A stretch of DNA of 64,000 bases, taken from assembly GCA_030595125.1 (NCBI GenBank), contig JAUVDV010000007.1:9039-73038 (forward strand), in the 5' to 3' direction. This document shows positions 28,004 through 38,989 of the stretch, piece by piece. The first letter of the stretch is position 1. Each line of letters starts with the position of its first letter. Position numbers and translations under genes: made by a program. This DNA is from Deltaproteobacteria bacterium. Its GTDB lineage: Bacteria > Myxococcota_A > Polyangia > JAAYKL01. The notes beneath the pieces were generated by a model, which did no database searches, was not told the DNA's origin, and worked only from the letters and a program-made list of their open reading frames with translations.

Positions 28004-29092
28004 ATGCAAACTACTTTATTCACAACAGCGCTGGCCCTGATCATACTTGGAGTCGTTTCGTGCGAACCGAGCTTGCAAGAACAGATCGATGCGGAGCTGC
28101 GGTCCCACAATGAGTATCTTCTGAATGTGGAGGCCGGTGGGACGACGGTCCCATTGGCCCTGAAGGCGGTATCCGCTGACAAGTCGCCGGATTCAACCCT
28201 GGCAACGGTCTTCAGTACCGATTTCGAAGCCAGCAACGGCGGTTTCACCGGAACCCTCGATTGGGAGTGGGGAGTGTATTCGTTCTCTCCGGTCTGCACT
28301 TCCTACGCTGCGCCGACGGCGCCCCATTCCGGTACCAACATGTGGGGTACGGTGCTGAATGACTGCCATACGAACATAGGAAACAACGACGGATACGATA
28401 CCTGCATCGCGACCAACACTGCGGATGACAGCATCCTCTCCTTCTCCGTCGATCTTTCGCCCTATACCACCGCAACCCTCTCGTTTTGGGAATGGACGGA
28501 CCTTTTCGCCAATTGGGACTGGGCCGAAATCTACGTAAACGGGACGAGCGTCTTTCAGCACTGTGGAGGTTCATACGTGGCGCCGACCGCATGGGTTGAG
28601 CAGACAGTGGACCTGACACCTTTCGTGGGCGGCAGCGCCGCAATCGAGTTTCACATGATGGCGTCGAGTGTTGTGGAACGGGCCGGCTGGTACATCGATG
28701 ACGTCACTGTTTACGAAGGCGGATCGACTGACACCGACACGGACACCGACACGGATACGGATACCGATACGGATACGGACACCGACACGGATACCGACAC
28801 GGACACAGGCACCGACACGGACACAGAGACAGACGCCGATGCTGGCACAGATACAGACGCCGATGCGGACTCCGACACCGATGTCGATACGGATTCCGAT
28901 GCCGATGCGGACACAGACGCCGATGCGGACTCTGACAGCGACGCCGATACGGATTCCGACTCGGATTCCGACTCGGACTCCGACTCGGATTCCGACTCCG
29001 ACTCGGATAGCCTCACCACCGATTCTTGTGCGTGCACTGCGGTGGGCCCTTCGGGAAAACGTTCTATCCTGTCTGTGTTGTCAGGGCTCTGA
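28004..29092 (+). CDS. (S/T)D-repeat lipoprotein with an N-terminal beta-sandwich-like domain (WYIDDVTV ending)
   Basis: Lipobox [11 protein letters not shown]. Globular domain ending [29 protein letters not shown]. Then a 90-aa TD/AD/SD tract. C-terminus [27 protein letters not shown]. Confidence 0.65.
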   Translation: MQTTLFTTALALIILGVVSCEPSLQEQIDAELRSHNEYLLNVEAGGTTVPLALKAVSADKSPDSTLATVFSTDFEASNGGFTGTLDWEWGVYSFSPVCTSYAAPTAPHSGTNMWGTVLNDCHTNIGNNDGYDTCIATNTADDSILSFSVDLSPYTTATLSFWEWTDLFANWDWAEIYVNGTSVFQHCGGSYVAPTAWVEQTVDLTPFVGGSAAIEFHMMASSVVERAGWYIDDVTVYEGGSTDTDTDTDTDTDTDTDTDTDTDTDTDTGTDTDTETDADAGTDTDADADSDTDVDTDSDADADTDADADSDSDADTDSDSDSDSDSDSDSDSDSDSLTTDSCACTAVGPSGKRSILSVLSGL

Positions 29093-29146
29093 GCAACTGA
29101 ATCCATCGCCGCTGTAACTGTATTGTTGTCGTGCACCCGCCATTGA

Positions 29147-30687
<1,541 letters not shown>

Positions 30688-30688
<1 letters not shown>

Positions 30689-31014
30689 TGCCGTCCGGAT
30701 CTCCAGCCCGGGTGTTCTTGTTTTTTTTGGTTTCGGTTTTTCTGGTTTCCTGCGGAGGGGCGCACAAGCCGGTCGATCCCGGGCCGAGAGGCACAGTCAG
30801 ATTTAAATGCGAGCCCAAAACCGCGGTGCTCGAGGTGGACGAGACGAGGCTCGGTCCGGTGAAGATGTTCGAGAAGACGGGGGTGCTCCTGCGTCCCGGC
30901 CAACATCGGGTGAGCCTGAGCGCAAAGGACCACTTTTCGGAGATGAAGCTGATCGAGGTGGTGGAGGGCAAAGTGACCATCGTGGAGATCAACCTGCGCG
31001 AAGTCCCCGAATGA
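30688..31014 (+). CDS. Small PEGA-domain lipoprotein
   Basis: The ATG overlaps the guaB TGA (TGATG). Lipobox VFLVSCGG. PEGA-like PKTAVLEVDETRLGPV...LRPGQHRVSLSAKDHFSEMKLIEVVEGKV. Confidence 0.55.
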
Positions 31015-31072
31015 CCTGGAGGCCTGTTGTGTCTGTGATCGTAGTACCCTGCGGGCGAACAGAGGGAGAATC

Positions 31073-31699
31073 GTGAAAAGCAGCGTTTTTGGAACGATCC
31101 TCATCGGGACGCTCCTGATAATTTTCGTCTGGTCCTATTTCGGCCCGGCGGACACCTTCACCTGGTTTCTGGAGATCGCCCCGGTCCTCATCGGCGCGGT
31201 TGTGCTGGCGGTCACTTACCGCCGTTTCAAGCTGACCCGGTTGACCTACTTCCTGCTGTGGGTTCACGCGATCATCCTGATCGTCGGGGGGCGCTACACC
31301 TACGCTCTGAACCCGGCCTTCGAGTGGCTGAAGGTGACCTTCGACCTGAGTCGCAACTACTACGATCGGCTGGGCCACTTCGCCCAGGGCTTCATCCCGG
31401 CGATCCTCGTCCGGGAGGTGCTGCTGCGCACTTCACCGCTCAGGCGGGGCAAGTGGCTCTTCTTCATCGTGACTTGCATATGCCTGGCGGTGAGCGCGGT
31501 CTACGAGTTCATCGAGTGGTGGGTGGCGCTGGGCACAGGCGAGGCGGCGGACGACTTCCTCGGCACCCAGGGCGACATATGGGACACCCAGTGGGACATG
31601 TTCCTGTGCACCTGTGGGGCGATCATCTCCCTGCTGGCACTGACGCGGTTGCATGATCGCTACTTGAGCCGGATAAATTCAGAGAAAAAAAGTGACTGA
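31073..31699 (+). CDS. DUF2238 (YjdF-like) inner-membrane protein
   Basis: 208 aa, 5-6 TM. Motifs RYTYA..P...WL, DRLGHF.QGF.P and EFIEWW.A are typical of the family. Confidence 0.62.
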   Translation: MKSSVFGTILIGTLLIIFVWSYFGPADTFTWFLEIAPVLIGAVVLAVTYRRFKLTRLTYFLLWVHAIILIVGGRYTYALNPAFEWLKVTFDLSRNYYDRLGHFAQGFIPAILVREVLLRTSPLRRGKWLFFIVTCICLAVSAVYEFIEWWVALGTGEAADDFLGTQGDIWDTQWDMFLCTCGAIISLLALTRLHDRYLSRINSEKKSD

Positions 31700-31721
31700 C
31701 ACCACAAATGGAGGTGAATCA

Positions 31722-32114
31722 ATGGATGAAAAAGTAAAACAGATGTTTTCCAATGAAAACATGGACTTCGAGACACTGGCCGAGGCATTTCCCGGAATAA
31801 AAGAGTATTTCCAGGGCACAAAACCCGGCGTGATCAACCGCTATGACAATGGCGTGATGAGCGCTTCAATTGAAGGCCAGGGCAAAAAATCCCCATCGAC
31901 GTTCGGGTATCTGCCGGTGGGCGAGTTCGTGTTCAATGTCGGGGGTAACCAGGAGACAATGCATTTTCTGTCTGGAGAAATAGACTGGGGTTATGGAAAG
32001 AACCCGACAATAAGGCCGAATCAGTATGATATTCTGCTGATACCGGCGGGCGAGGATCTGTTTCTGAACGTCAAGAAGCCCACCTTGTACGTTTGCGATT
32101 ACGTGAAGCAATGA
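31722..32114 (+). CDS. Hypothetical protein in a locally lower-GC patch
   Basis: RBS ggaggtga 5 nt before ATG (MDEKVKQMF...). Local GC is about 48%, against about 62% in the flanks. No recognised motif. Confidence 0.4.
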   Translation: MDEKVKQMFSNENMDFETLAEAFPGIKEYFQGTKPGVINRYDNGVMSASIEGQGKKSPSTFGYLPVGEFVFNVGGNQETMHFLSGEIDWGYGKNPTIRPNQYDILLIPAGEDLFLNVKKPTLYVCDYVKQ

Positions 32115-32166
32115 ACCAAGGTGGAACTTGACCAGCCCTCACCCCCGTCGATAGACTTGGTCGAAC

Positions 32167-33300
32167 ATGGAAGACAATTCTAGAATAATGATCAAGCGAT
32201 GGCTGTGGGGCCTAGGCATTCTGGTGGTCTTCCTCATCCTCGCCTGGAAGCTGGAGCGCCTGGCCACCCTCGCCATTCTTTCCTTCATTGTGGCGTACGT
32301 CCTCAACCCACTGGTCACGCGCCTCTCGAGGATCAAGTTCATCGGGCGCGCCGCCGCCACCGTCATCACCATGTTCGGCCTCACCGTCGGATTTCTCACG
32401 GTCCTGTTCTTTATCATCCCCGAGGTGTTCGAGGAGTTCAGAGCCTTTATTGGGCGCCTTCCGGCTCTCGCCGACAAGTTCCAGACCACCGCAATCCCCT
32501 GGGTGGAAAGCAACCTGGGTATGGAGGTTCCCGGATCCTGGAACGAGGCTTTCGGCCAGGTGCTGAATAGAGTTGAGAAGGGCGGCTCCGAAATGATCGC
32601 CCCGGCGGCCAGCGTTGCCACCAAGGTGTTCGGCACAACATTCTCCGCGTTTTTCACCATCATCGGCGCCCTCATGTTCCCCCTGTTCCTCTTCTTCCTG
32701 CTCAAGGATTTCCCGGAGATCATAACTGCGGTCGACCGCCTCATCCCCGGCAGGAACCGCGAGACCATTCACTCGCTCGCCAGGGACGTGGACAAGAGCC
32801 TCTCGGCCTTCCTGCACGGTCAGTTCACGGTGATGCTGGTGCTCGGAACCCTGTATTCCATCGGCTACTCGATCGTGGGCGTCCCGGTGGCGATCGGGGT
32901 GGGCCTGCTGACGGGCCTGCTGTGCTTCATACCATACGTGGGCGCCGCTTCCGGTTTCGTCCTCGCCCTTGTGTTGGCCGCCCTGGAGATGAAGGGATGG
33001 GGCTCTATCATCGGGGTTTCCGTGGTGTTCGGAGTGGTACAGCTGCTCGACGCCGTGCTGATCACACCCAAGATTCTCGGTGGAAAGCTCGGCCTCCAGC
33101 CTCTATGGATCATTGTCGCACTTATGGCCGGCGGGGAGTTGTTCGGTTTCCTGGGAGTCCTCCTGGCCGTGCCCACGACAGCGGTCATCAAGATTTTCGT
33201 GGCTCATTCCATCAAGAAATACAAGAAGAGCGCCCTGTTCCTCTCGGGTCGCTCCCCTGAAAAAGAGGGAACGAAACCGGACGGGGATCCCGAGGAATGA
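32167..33300 (+). CDS. AI-2E family transporter (PerM/YdiK/TqsA-like, UPF0118)
   Basis: 8 TM. Conserved ...LSAFLHGQFTVMLVLGTLYSIGYSIVGVP...FIPYVGAASG...VPTTAVIKIF pattern. Confidence 0.8.
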   Translation: MEDNSRIMIKRWLWGLGILVVFLILAWKLERLATLAILSFIVAYVLNPLVTRLSRIKFIGRAAATVITMFGLTVGFLTVLFFIIPEVFEEFRAFIGRLPALADKFQTTAIPWVESNLGMEVPGSWNEAFGQVLNRVEKGGSEMIAPAASVATKVFGTTFSAFFTIIGALMFPLFLFFLLKDFPEIITAVDRLIPGRNRETIHSLARDVDKSLSAFLHGQFTVMLVLGTLYSIGYSIVGVPVAIGVGLLTGLLCFIPYVGAASGFVLALVLAALEMKGWGSIIGVSVVFGVVQLLDAVLITPKILGGKLGLQPLWIIVALMAGGELFGFLGVLLAVPTTAVIKIFVAHSIKKYKKSALFLSGRSPEKEGTKPDGDPEE

Positions 33301-35495
33301 CCCGCCCGTCACCCTGGCGCTGGCCGACATCGATATTGACCGGCGGCGCGGCGGGTGCGGCGATCGGTTTTGGGGAAGGATTTACATGCCACTCGCAGGA
33401 TAAGCTGGCGGCCGGCGTCCTGGACGCGGGGCTGGTCACCGTCCCCGGAATGATAGCAGGCCTTCTTGCGGCCACAGGTGTTTTTCTGCTGGCAGGCGCG
33501 GATCCCATGCGGCGGTTGACGGAAACCAAAAAACGCCTCGCGACCGATGCCAATTTCGCCGCCCTGTTTACCGTCCGATCGATCCTCGTCCAGCTCGCCG
33601 GGTTAGTGTGGCTGACTGCGGCATTTCACGCGGGGCGCATCTCATTTGCGGCCTTTCACCACATGGGCCTGGCTGCGTTCCTCCTGACAGTCGGCCTGAT
33701 CGGCTTGGGCATTTGCATCTTCGTCGTGTCGCAGGCGCTTTGTCGCGTTGCGGTCCCCATGCTTGCTCGGATCGTGCCGGGGAGCGCCATGCGAATTCTT
33801 GCCGTAGCTTCCATCTTCCTTGCGCCCATAATGCTGACAGGTTTCATTGCCCTCTCACCCGTAGACGGATCCGGATGGTTCGGATTTCTGGGCCTGGTCA
33901 AGAGGGATGAGCTCGAGATTCGTCACGTCCTTCTCATGTTCGTTCCCTTTATCGCCGCCGGCGCGGCGTTTGTAGTCACCTCCAATTTTCGTTACCGATG
34001 GCTCATTCCCGTTGTATCGCTGATGACGGGAGCCGGACTCGCCGGAACCTTCATGGCCGCGCGTCAATTCGATTCAGGCGCCGACGCCTGTTCTGCAGTG
34101 GAAGTAGAGACGGCCCTGGGTAGCAGGATTCTCCCCCACGCAAGAGGAATGTTCGACAGGGACGGTGACGGGGCGTCAGCTCTCTTCTGGGGAGGCGATT
34201 GCGACGACGACGATCCCGGGCGCCGGCCGGGAGCCATCGACAGGCCGGGCAACGGCATCGACGAGGACTGCTCCGGAAAGGATGCGGTCCCGCTGCCAAC
34301 CGTGGATCCGGAGCCCGACGAATCTATTAGCGAGGACGACGCCGGAGTTGTTATCCCAGAGGGGCTCTCATTGATAATGATCACTGTGGACGCCCTTCGG
34401 TGGGATGTGGGCTACATGGGGTACGAGCGAGATCTCTCTCCCAATATCGACGAGCTCGCGAGCAGGGGCATCGTGTTCGAGAGGTCTTACGCGCTCTCCT
34501 CCTTCACCGGGAGGTCCATCGGGCCGAGCCTGATCGGACGATATCCGTCGGAGACCTTCTGCAGCGCGAATCATCTGGGGATCTACTACAACAAGAACGA
34601 GATGCTGGCGGAGACCCTGAAGGCCGCCGGCTTTCGGACCGGCGGAGTCCAGGCTCACCCGTACTTCAAGCGCTCGGGCCTCGAGCAGGGTTTCGATCGC
34701 TGGGAGATGGTCATCCCACCAGGTGACAAGGCCCAGGACCAGAAGATCACGAGCCCGGCGATAACGGACAAGCTGGTCGATATTCTCGAGGACGACGAGT
34801 TCACGGGCGACAGGTTCTTCTTGTGGGCCCACATGATGGACCTCCACAAGGCGTACTTGCCCCACAAGGGTTTTGCGAGTTTCGGCGACACGAACCGGGA
34901 CAGGTACGACGGGGAGGTGGCCTTCGTCGATCACCATGTCGGGCGCATCATCGACAAAGTGAAAAAACTCGGTCTTGCCGATCGCACTATCATCATGATC
35001 TCTTCAGATCACGGGGAGGCGTTTATGGAACACGACATCCTGTTTCACGGGCGTCGCCTGTGGGAGGAGGTTGTGCGGGTTCCATGGGTATGGGTGGTGC
35101 CCGGAGTTGAGACCAGGCGCGTGAAGGGGCGTGTTTCTCAGGTGGATCTGGCGGCCACGGTGTACGATCTGCTCGGGGTGAAGCCCCCGGCACATTCGCG
35201 GGGCAAAAGCCTTGTTCCCATGATGATCGGAAAAGAAGAGGGCGATCGCCAAATTTTCCTGGAGCAGCCTCTCGGGGAGTATATGCCGGAGATGTACGCA
35301 ATCATCGACGGTGGATACAAGCTAATCCACACAGTCGCGGGAAACCGCTACCGGTTGTTCAACCTGGAGACCGACCCCGGGGAGAAAACCGACCTCTCCA
35401 GATCGCACCCGGACAAGCTCGCCGCCATGAAGGAAATCTACCAGCAGACCCGCGGATCGCTGGAGATGAACGCGGACATCTGGAAGAGGGACTGA
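33297..35495 (+). CDS. Membrane-anchored sulfatase/alkaline-phosphatase-superfamily protein (N-terminal multi-TM domain, DCDDDD...GIDEDCSG linker, C-terminal sulfatase domain)
   Basis: ATGA overlap with the upstream gene. TM region residues about 60-260. GGDCDDDDPGRRPGAIDRPGNGIDEDCSG. Sulfatase motifs ITVDALRWD...SSDHGEAF. Confidence 0.72.
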   Translation: MTRPSPWRWPTSILTGGAAGAAIGFGEGFTCHSQDKLAAGVLDAGLVTVPGMIAGLLAATGVFLLAGADPMRRLTETKKRLATDANFAALFTVRSILVQLAGLVWLTAAFHAGRISFAAFHHMGLAAFLLTVGLIGLGICIFVVSQALCRVAVPMLARIVPGSAMRILAVASIFLAPIMLTGFIALSPVDGSGWFGFLGLVKRDELEIRHVLLMFVPFIAAGAAFVVTSNFRYRWLIPVVSLMTGAGLAGTFMAARQFDSGADACSAVEVETALGSRILPHARGMFDRDGDGASALFWGGDCDDDDPGRRPGAIDRPGNGIDEDCSGKDAVPLPTVDPEPDESISEDDAGVVIPEGLSLIMITVDALRWDVGYMGYERDLSPNIDELASRGIVFERSYALSSFTGRSIGPSLIGRYPSETFCSANHLGIYYNKNEMLAETLKAAGFRTGGVQAHPYFKRSGLEQGFDRWEMVIPPGDKAQDQKITSPAITDKLVDILEDDEFTGDRFFLWAHMMDLHKAYLPHKGFASFGDTNRDRYDGEVAFVDHHVGRIIDKVKKLGLADRTIIMISSDHGEAFMEHDILFHGRRLWEEVVRVPWVWVVPGVETRRVKGRVSQVDLAATVYDLLGVKPPAHSRGKSLVPMMIGKEEGDRQIFLEQPLGEYMPEMYAIIDGGYKLIHTVAGNRYRLFNLETDPGEKTDLSRSHPDKLAAMKEIYQQTRGSLEMNADIWKRD

Positions 35496-35502
35496 TTTCA
35501 AG

Positions 35503-36615
35503 TCAATCCCAGGGGAAGGTATAGCCGGTCAGCTTTAGTTCCCGGCGCATGGTGTCTATCTCCGTGCGCAGGCTCTCGTTGATGGGAGCTCCGCGGTCCT
35601 TGCGATAGACATAGTTGTCGTGCTCCTTCTCCCAGGCGGTGTAGATGCGCTCGGCGCCTGGCGCCTTATCCGACGCGCGCAGGCTCCTGGTGATGTTGCC
35701 GGCGATGAGTTTGAACGTCTCGACGGGCACGAAGTTCTCCACGTTGATGGCCAAAAAGAAATGGCCCAACTTGTAAGGAACCCTTTTTCCATCCTCATCG
35801 ATACCCAGGAGCTGTTTCATGTACGATCCGTCCTGGAGCGCCGCGCACATGATCTCTATGAAGGTGGCGTATCCGTATCCCTTGAACCCGGCTGTCTCCT
35901 CGCCGATACCCCCCACCGGCACCAGCGCTGCTGTGCCTGCAACCAGATCCTTCAGAATCTGCACCGAGTCGGTGCTCGTCTCGCCCTCCCGGTTGATAAC
36001 CCACCCCGCCGGGAGCTGCTTGCCCTCGCGTGCGTACACCTCGATCTTGCCGCGCTGGCTCACTGATGTGGCGCAGTCCAGAAGGAACGGGAAGGGATCG
36101 TCCGTGGGGCAACCGAGGGTGAGCGGGTTGGTGCCGAGCATGTTCTCCACCCCGAAGGTGGGAGCGATGGACGGGCGAGCGTTGGTGCCCGTTATTCCTA
36201 TCATGCCGTTCTCGATGGCCATCAGCGGGTAGTACCCCGCTATTCCGTAATGGGTGGAGTTGCGCACCGCGACCATCCCGAGCCCATATTCCCGCGCCTT
36301 GTCGATGGCCATCTGCATGGAGCGTTTTGCAACTACGTGTCCCATTCCGTGGTGGCCGTCGATCAATGCCGTGGTAGGCGTTTCCTTGACCACCTCGAAT
36401 TCCGTGACCGGTTGCTGGATACCGATGTTGATCCGATCGTAGTAGATCGGCTTGCATCTGGAGATCCCGTGGGAATCGATGCCGTACCTGTCTGCGGTCG
36501 TCAGCACTTCCGCACACACCTCCGCATCATCTGCGGGCACGCCCACTCCAATGAAAACATCCTTCATGAAACTCTCGAGTTGATCGAATTTTACCCAATA
36601 TGTCTTGTCAGTCAT
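35503..36615 (-). CDS. Ldh2-family (malate/L-lactate/L-sulfolactate) dehydrogenase
   Basis: RBS aagggaga. GIDSHGISR...GHHGMGHVVA...HYGIAGYY, the Ldh_2 family pattern. Confidence 0.78.
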   Translation of the reverse strand: MTDKTYWVKFDQLESFMKDVFIGVGVPADDAEVCAEVLTTADRYGIDSHGISRCKPIYYDRINIGIQQPVTEFEVVKETPTTALIDGHHGMGHVVAKRSMQMAIDKAREYGLGMVAVRNSTHYGIAGYYPLMAIENGMIGITGTNARPSIAPTFGVENMLGTNPLTLGCPTDDPFPFLLDCATSVSQRGKIEVYAREGKQLPAGWVINREGETSTDSVQILKDLVAGTAALVPVGGIGEETAGFKGYGYATFIEIMCAALQDGSYMKQLLGIDEDGKRVPYKLGHFFLAINVENFVPVETFKLIAGNITRSLRASDKAPGAERIYTAWEKEHDNYVYRKDRGAPINESLRTEIDTMRRELKLTGYTFPWD

Positions 36616-36700
36616 GGTTCTCCCTTCATTTCGGCAGAACACTATATCCAGAACAACGAAGAAACGCGAATCGTTGATGGTTTCGTGCTAGAAACGCTTC

Positions 36701-38944
36701 ATGAAGCGCGAGATCGCAGGCGGCCTGATTGCCGGAGCTACCGGGGCGTTGATCGTCTCTATCGTCGAGCCGCTGCTCGGTGAGGGCGCGCCGCTCTTTG
36801 CATCCATTGCCGTGGCGTCAGGCCTTAACCTTCCCGTGGGCCTCTTGACGGGTCTTGTCCTGGTGCTGGTTCGCGCGCTCGCGCCGGAGGGTTGCAAGCC
36901 GTCCGACTGGATTCGCACGCTCGCCTCCCGGGATAACGCGGGCGCCGCCGCCCGGATCCTTGGCGTGGGCCTGGGGTCTCTCGCGTTGTTCCCGGTGTAC
37001 TACCGGATGATCTTCTTTTTCCTCACCGGCTTTCACCACCACGGCCTCGCCGCACTTGCCCTTTCTGTCTCTTCACTGCTTCTGACCGCGATCGCCGTCC
37101 TCATGGGCGTGAGGCTCGTCTCCTGGATGACCGTGCTCATCTCGCGATCCCCCGGGTTTCTCGGGGTTATTCGACGCCCCGCCGTCTGTCTGGCGGTTGT
37201 CGTCGCGGCATGGACCGCAGCCCTCGCTCCCCCGCTGCACACGGGATCCGACGCTACGGGCATCTTCGGCTTCGTGGGTTTTTTGATGAAGGACGGCCTC
37301 GGTGCGGGTCCTCTTTTCTCATGGATCGTCCTGACGACGATTGCCATTGCCATCCTCTGGCCTCTTCTCAAGCGGGATCGCGTGTGGCTCGTCCCGGCGG
37401 CCGGCGCCTGTCTTTTACTCGGCTTCCTGGGCCCCGTCTGGGCCGGTTCGATGATCGCGCACACTCCGCAAACCCTGGACAGGATCGACTCCGCAGGCGG
37501 GATGTCTCCGATGATCGGCAAGATCATCCGCAAGCTGGGAGACGGTGACGGCGACGGCCATGCCCGCTGGATGGGTGGCCTGGATTGCAACGACGAGGAT
37601 CCGTCCATCCGCCCGGGCGCACGGGAGATCCCGAACAATGGTGTAGATGAGGACTGCTCCGGCGCCGACCTGGATCTCGACGAGCTTCGCGCCGCCGCCT
37701 CGGGTGGTTCTGCCGGGGCCACGGGGGAGGGGACAACCTCCTTGAAACGCCCGGATCTGCCGAAAGACGTCTCCCTCTTCTTCCTCACGGTGGACGCGCT
37801 GCGCTGGGACGGGCCGGGGTTCATGGGCTACGACCGCCCGGTGACGCCGAACCTGGACAGGCTTGTGAAAAACGGAACCATCTACGATCGCGCCTACGCG
37901 CTGGGATCGTACACCGGCCAGTCCATACCCGCCGTGTTGACGGGCAAGTATGTCTCGGAGTTATTGAGGAACGACAAGCACGAGCTGCGCGTGTCGGGCA
38001 AGGAGAAATTTGCCGCCGAGTACATATGCGGCGATAACGTCCGCTGCAACGCCGTCCTCTCGCACTTTCTGTTCAAGCCCCACTACGGCTGGAGCCAGGG
38101 TTTTCAGGAGTGGCGAGTGTCGGGCGCGTCCCCGGAAGGCCCCGGGCATATTGACTCAAAGTACAACTCTCACCTGGTGGCGAATATGGCCATGAAGTGG
38201 TTGAAGGACCCGGAGAACACGAAGGGTCGATTCTGGATATGGACCCACTTCATGGATCCTCACAAGGAATACCTGGACCACAAGGGGTTCAAGCGGTTCG
38301 GAGACGATCGACGATCCCGCTACGACCAGGAAGTACTCTTCACCGATCACCATGTGGGGCGGATGCTCGACTTCTTCATGACCCTCCCCGCGGCGAAGCG
38401 CACAATCTTCATTGTGACCTCGGACCACGGGGAGGCGTTCAACGAGCATGGGCGATGGTGTCACGGCAAGGAGCTGTGGGAGGAAATTGTGCGCGTACCC
38501 TTGGCAGTGGTCGGACCGGGAATTGCCAAAAAGCGGATCGCGCGGCAGACCAGCCACATCGACCTGTTTCCCACCTTCCTGGATATCTTCAACCAGAAGA
38601 TCCCCGACGGTATACACGGAAGAAGTTTGCTGCCCGACTGGGTGGATGGGCAGGAGATCCCGGAGAAACCCATAGTGGTCGACCAGCCGAAGAACCCGTA
38701 CTACGAAACACGGCGAGTGTTCATCAAAGACGGCTGGAAGCTCCATGATCTCCCCGATACGGGCACCCACCGACTCTATCAAATTACCGACGACTACGAG
38801 CGAGGCGATTCCCTGGTAGAGACCGAGCCCGATAAGTTCACCGAGATCAAGGCGGCGTACGACCTCTTCATGGCCACGGAGTTCAAGCCCGTCTCGACTG
38901 TCAATTACGGAGCGGGCGACGTGAACAAGATGCCCCTGCCTTAG
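36701..38944 (+). CDS. Membrane-anchored sulfatase-family protein, paralog of 33297-35495 with the same three-part architecture
   Basis: N-terminal TM domain. GDGDGDGHARWMGGLDCNDEDPSIRPGAREIPNNGVDEDCSG. LTVDALRWD...TSDHGEAFNEHGRWCHG. Confidence 0.72.
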   Translation: MKREIAGGLIAGATGALIVSIVEPLLGEGAPLFASIAVASGLNLPVGLLTGLVLVLVRALAPEGCKPSDWIRTLASRDNAGAAARILGVGLGSLALFPVYYRMIFFFLTGFHHHGLAALALSVSSLLLTAIAVLMGVRLVSWMTVLISRSPGFLGVIRRPAVCLAVVVAAWTAALAPPLHTGSDATGIFGFVGFLMKDGLGAGPLFSWIVLTTIAIAILWPLLKRDRVWLVPAAGACLLLGFLGPVWAGSMIAHTPQTLDRIDSAGGMSPMIGKIIRKLGDGDGDGHARWMGGLDCNDEDPSIRPGAREIPNNGVDEDCSGADLDLDELRAAASGGSAGATGEGTTSLKRPDLPKDVSLFFLTVDALRWDGPGFMGYDRPVTPNLDRLVKNGTIYDRAYALGSYTGQSIPAVLTGKYVSELLRNDKHELRVSGKEKFAAEYICGDNVRCNAVLSHFLFKPHYGWSQGFQEWRVSGASPEGPGHIDSKYNSHLVANMAMKWLKDPENTKGRFWIWTHFMDPHKEYLDHKGFKRFGDDRRSRYDQEVLFTDHHVGRMLDFFMTLPAAKRTIFIVTSDHGEAFNEHGRWCHGKELWEEIVRVPLAVVGPGIAKKRIARQTSHIDLFPTFLDIFNQKIPDGIHGRSLLPDWVDGQEIPEKPIVVDQPKNPYYETRRVFIKDGWKLHDLPDTGTHRLYQITDDYERGDSLVETEPDKFTEIKAAYDLFMATEFKPVSTVNYGAGDVNKMPLP

Positions 38945-38965
38945 TAGGGGGTAGGGAAGAACCGT
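38881..38965 (+). repeat. Direct repeat copy 1: the last 60 bp of the sulfatase gene plus about 25 bp downstream
   Basis: gttcaagcccgtctcgactgtcaattacggagcgggcgacgtgaacaagatgcccctgcc is 60/60 identical to 40108-40167. The next ~25 nt are imperfectly conserved (ggaagaaccgttga). Confidence 0.9.
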
Positions 38966-38989
38966 TGATATATGTCAAGTGGAGGGGCG

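Noticed and set aside
28990-29092. Possible MYXO-CTERM-type sorting signal at the C-terminus of the TD-repeat lipoprotein (..[23 protein letters not shown])
   Set aside because: It has a Cys pair and a hydrophobic tail, but it lacks the terminal basic cluster and the GCGC-like core I recall for MYXO-CTERM. It is too uncertain to call.
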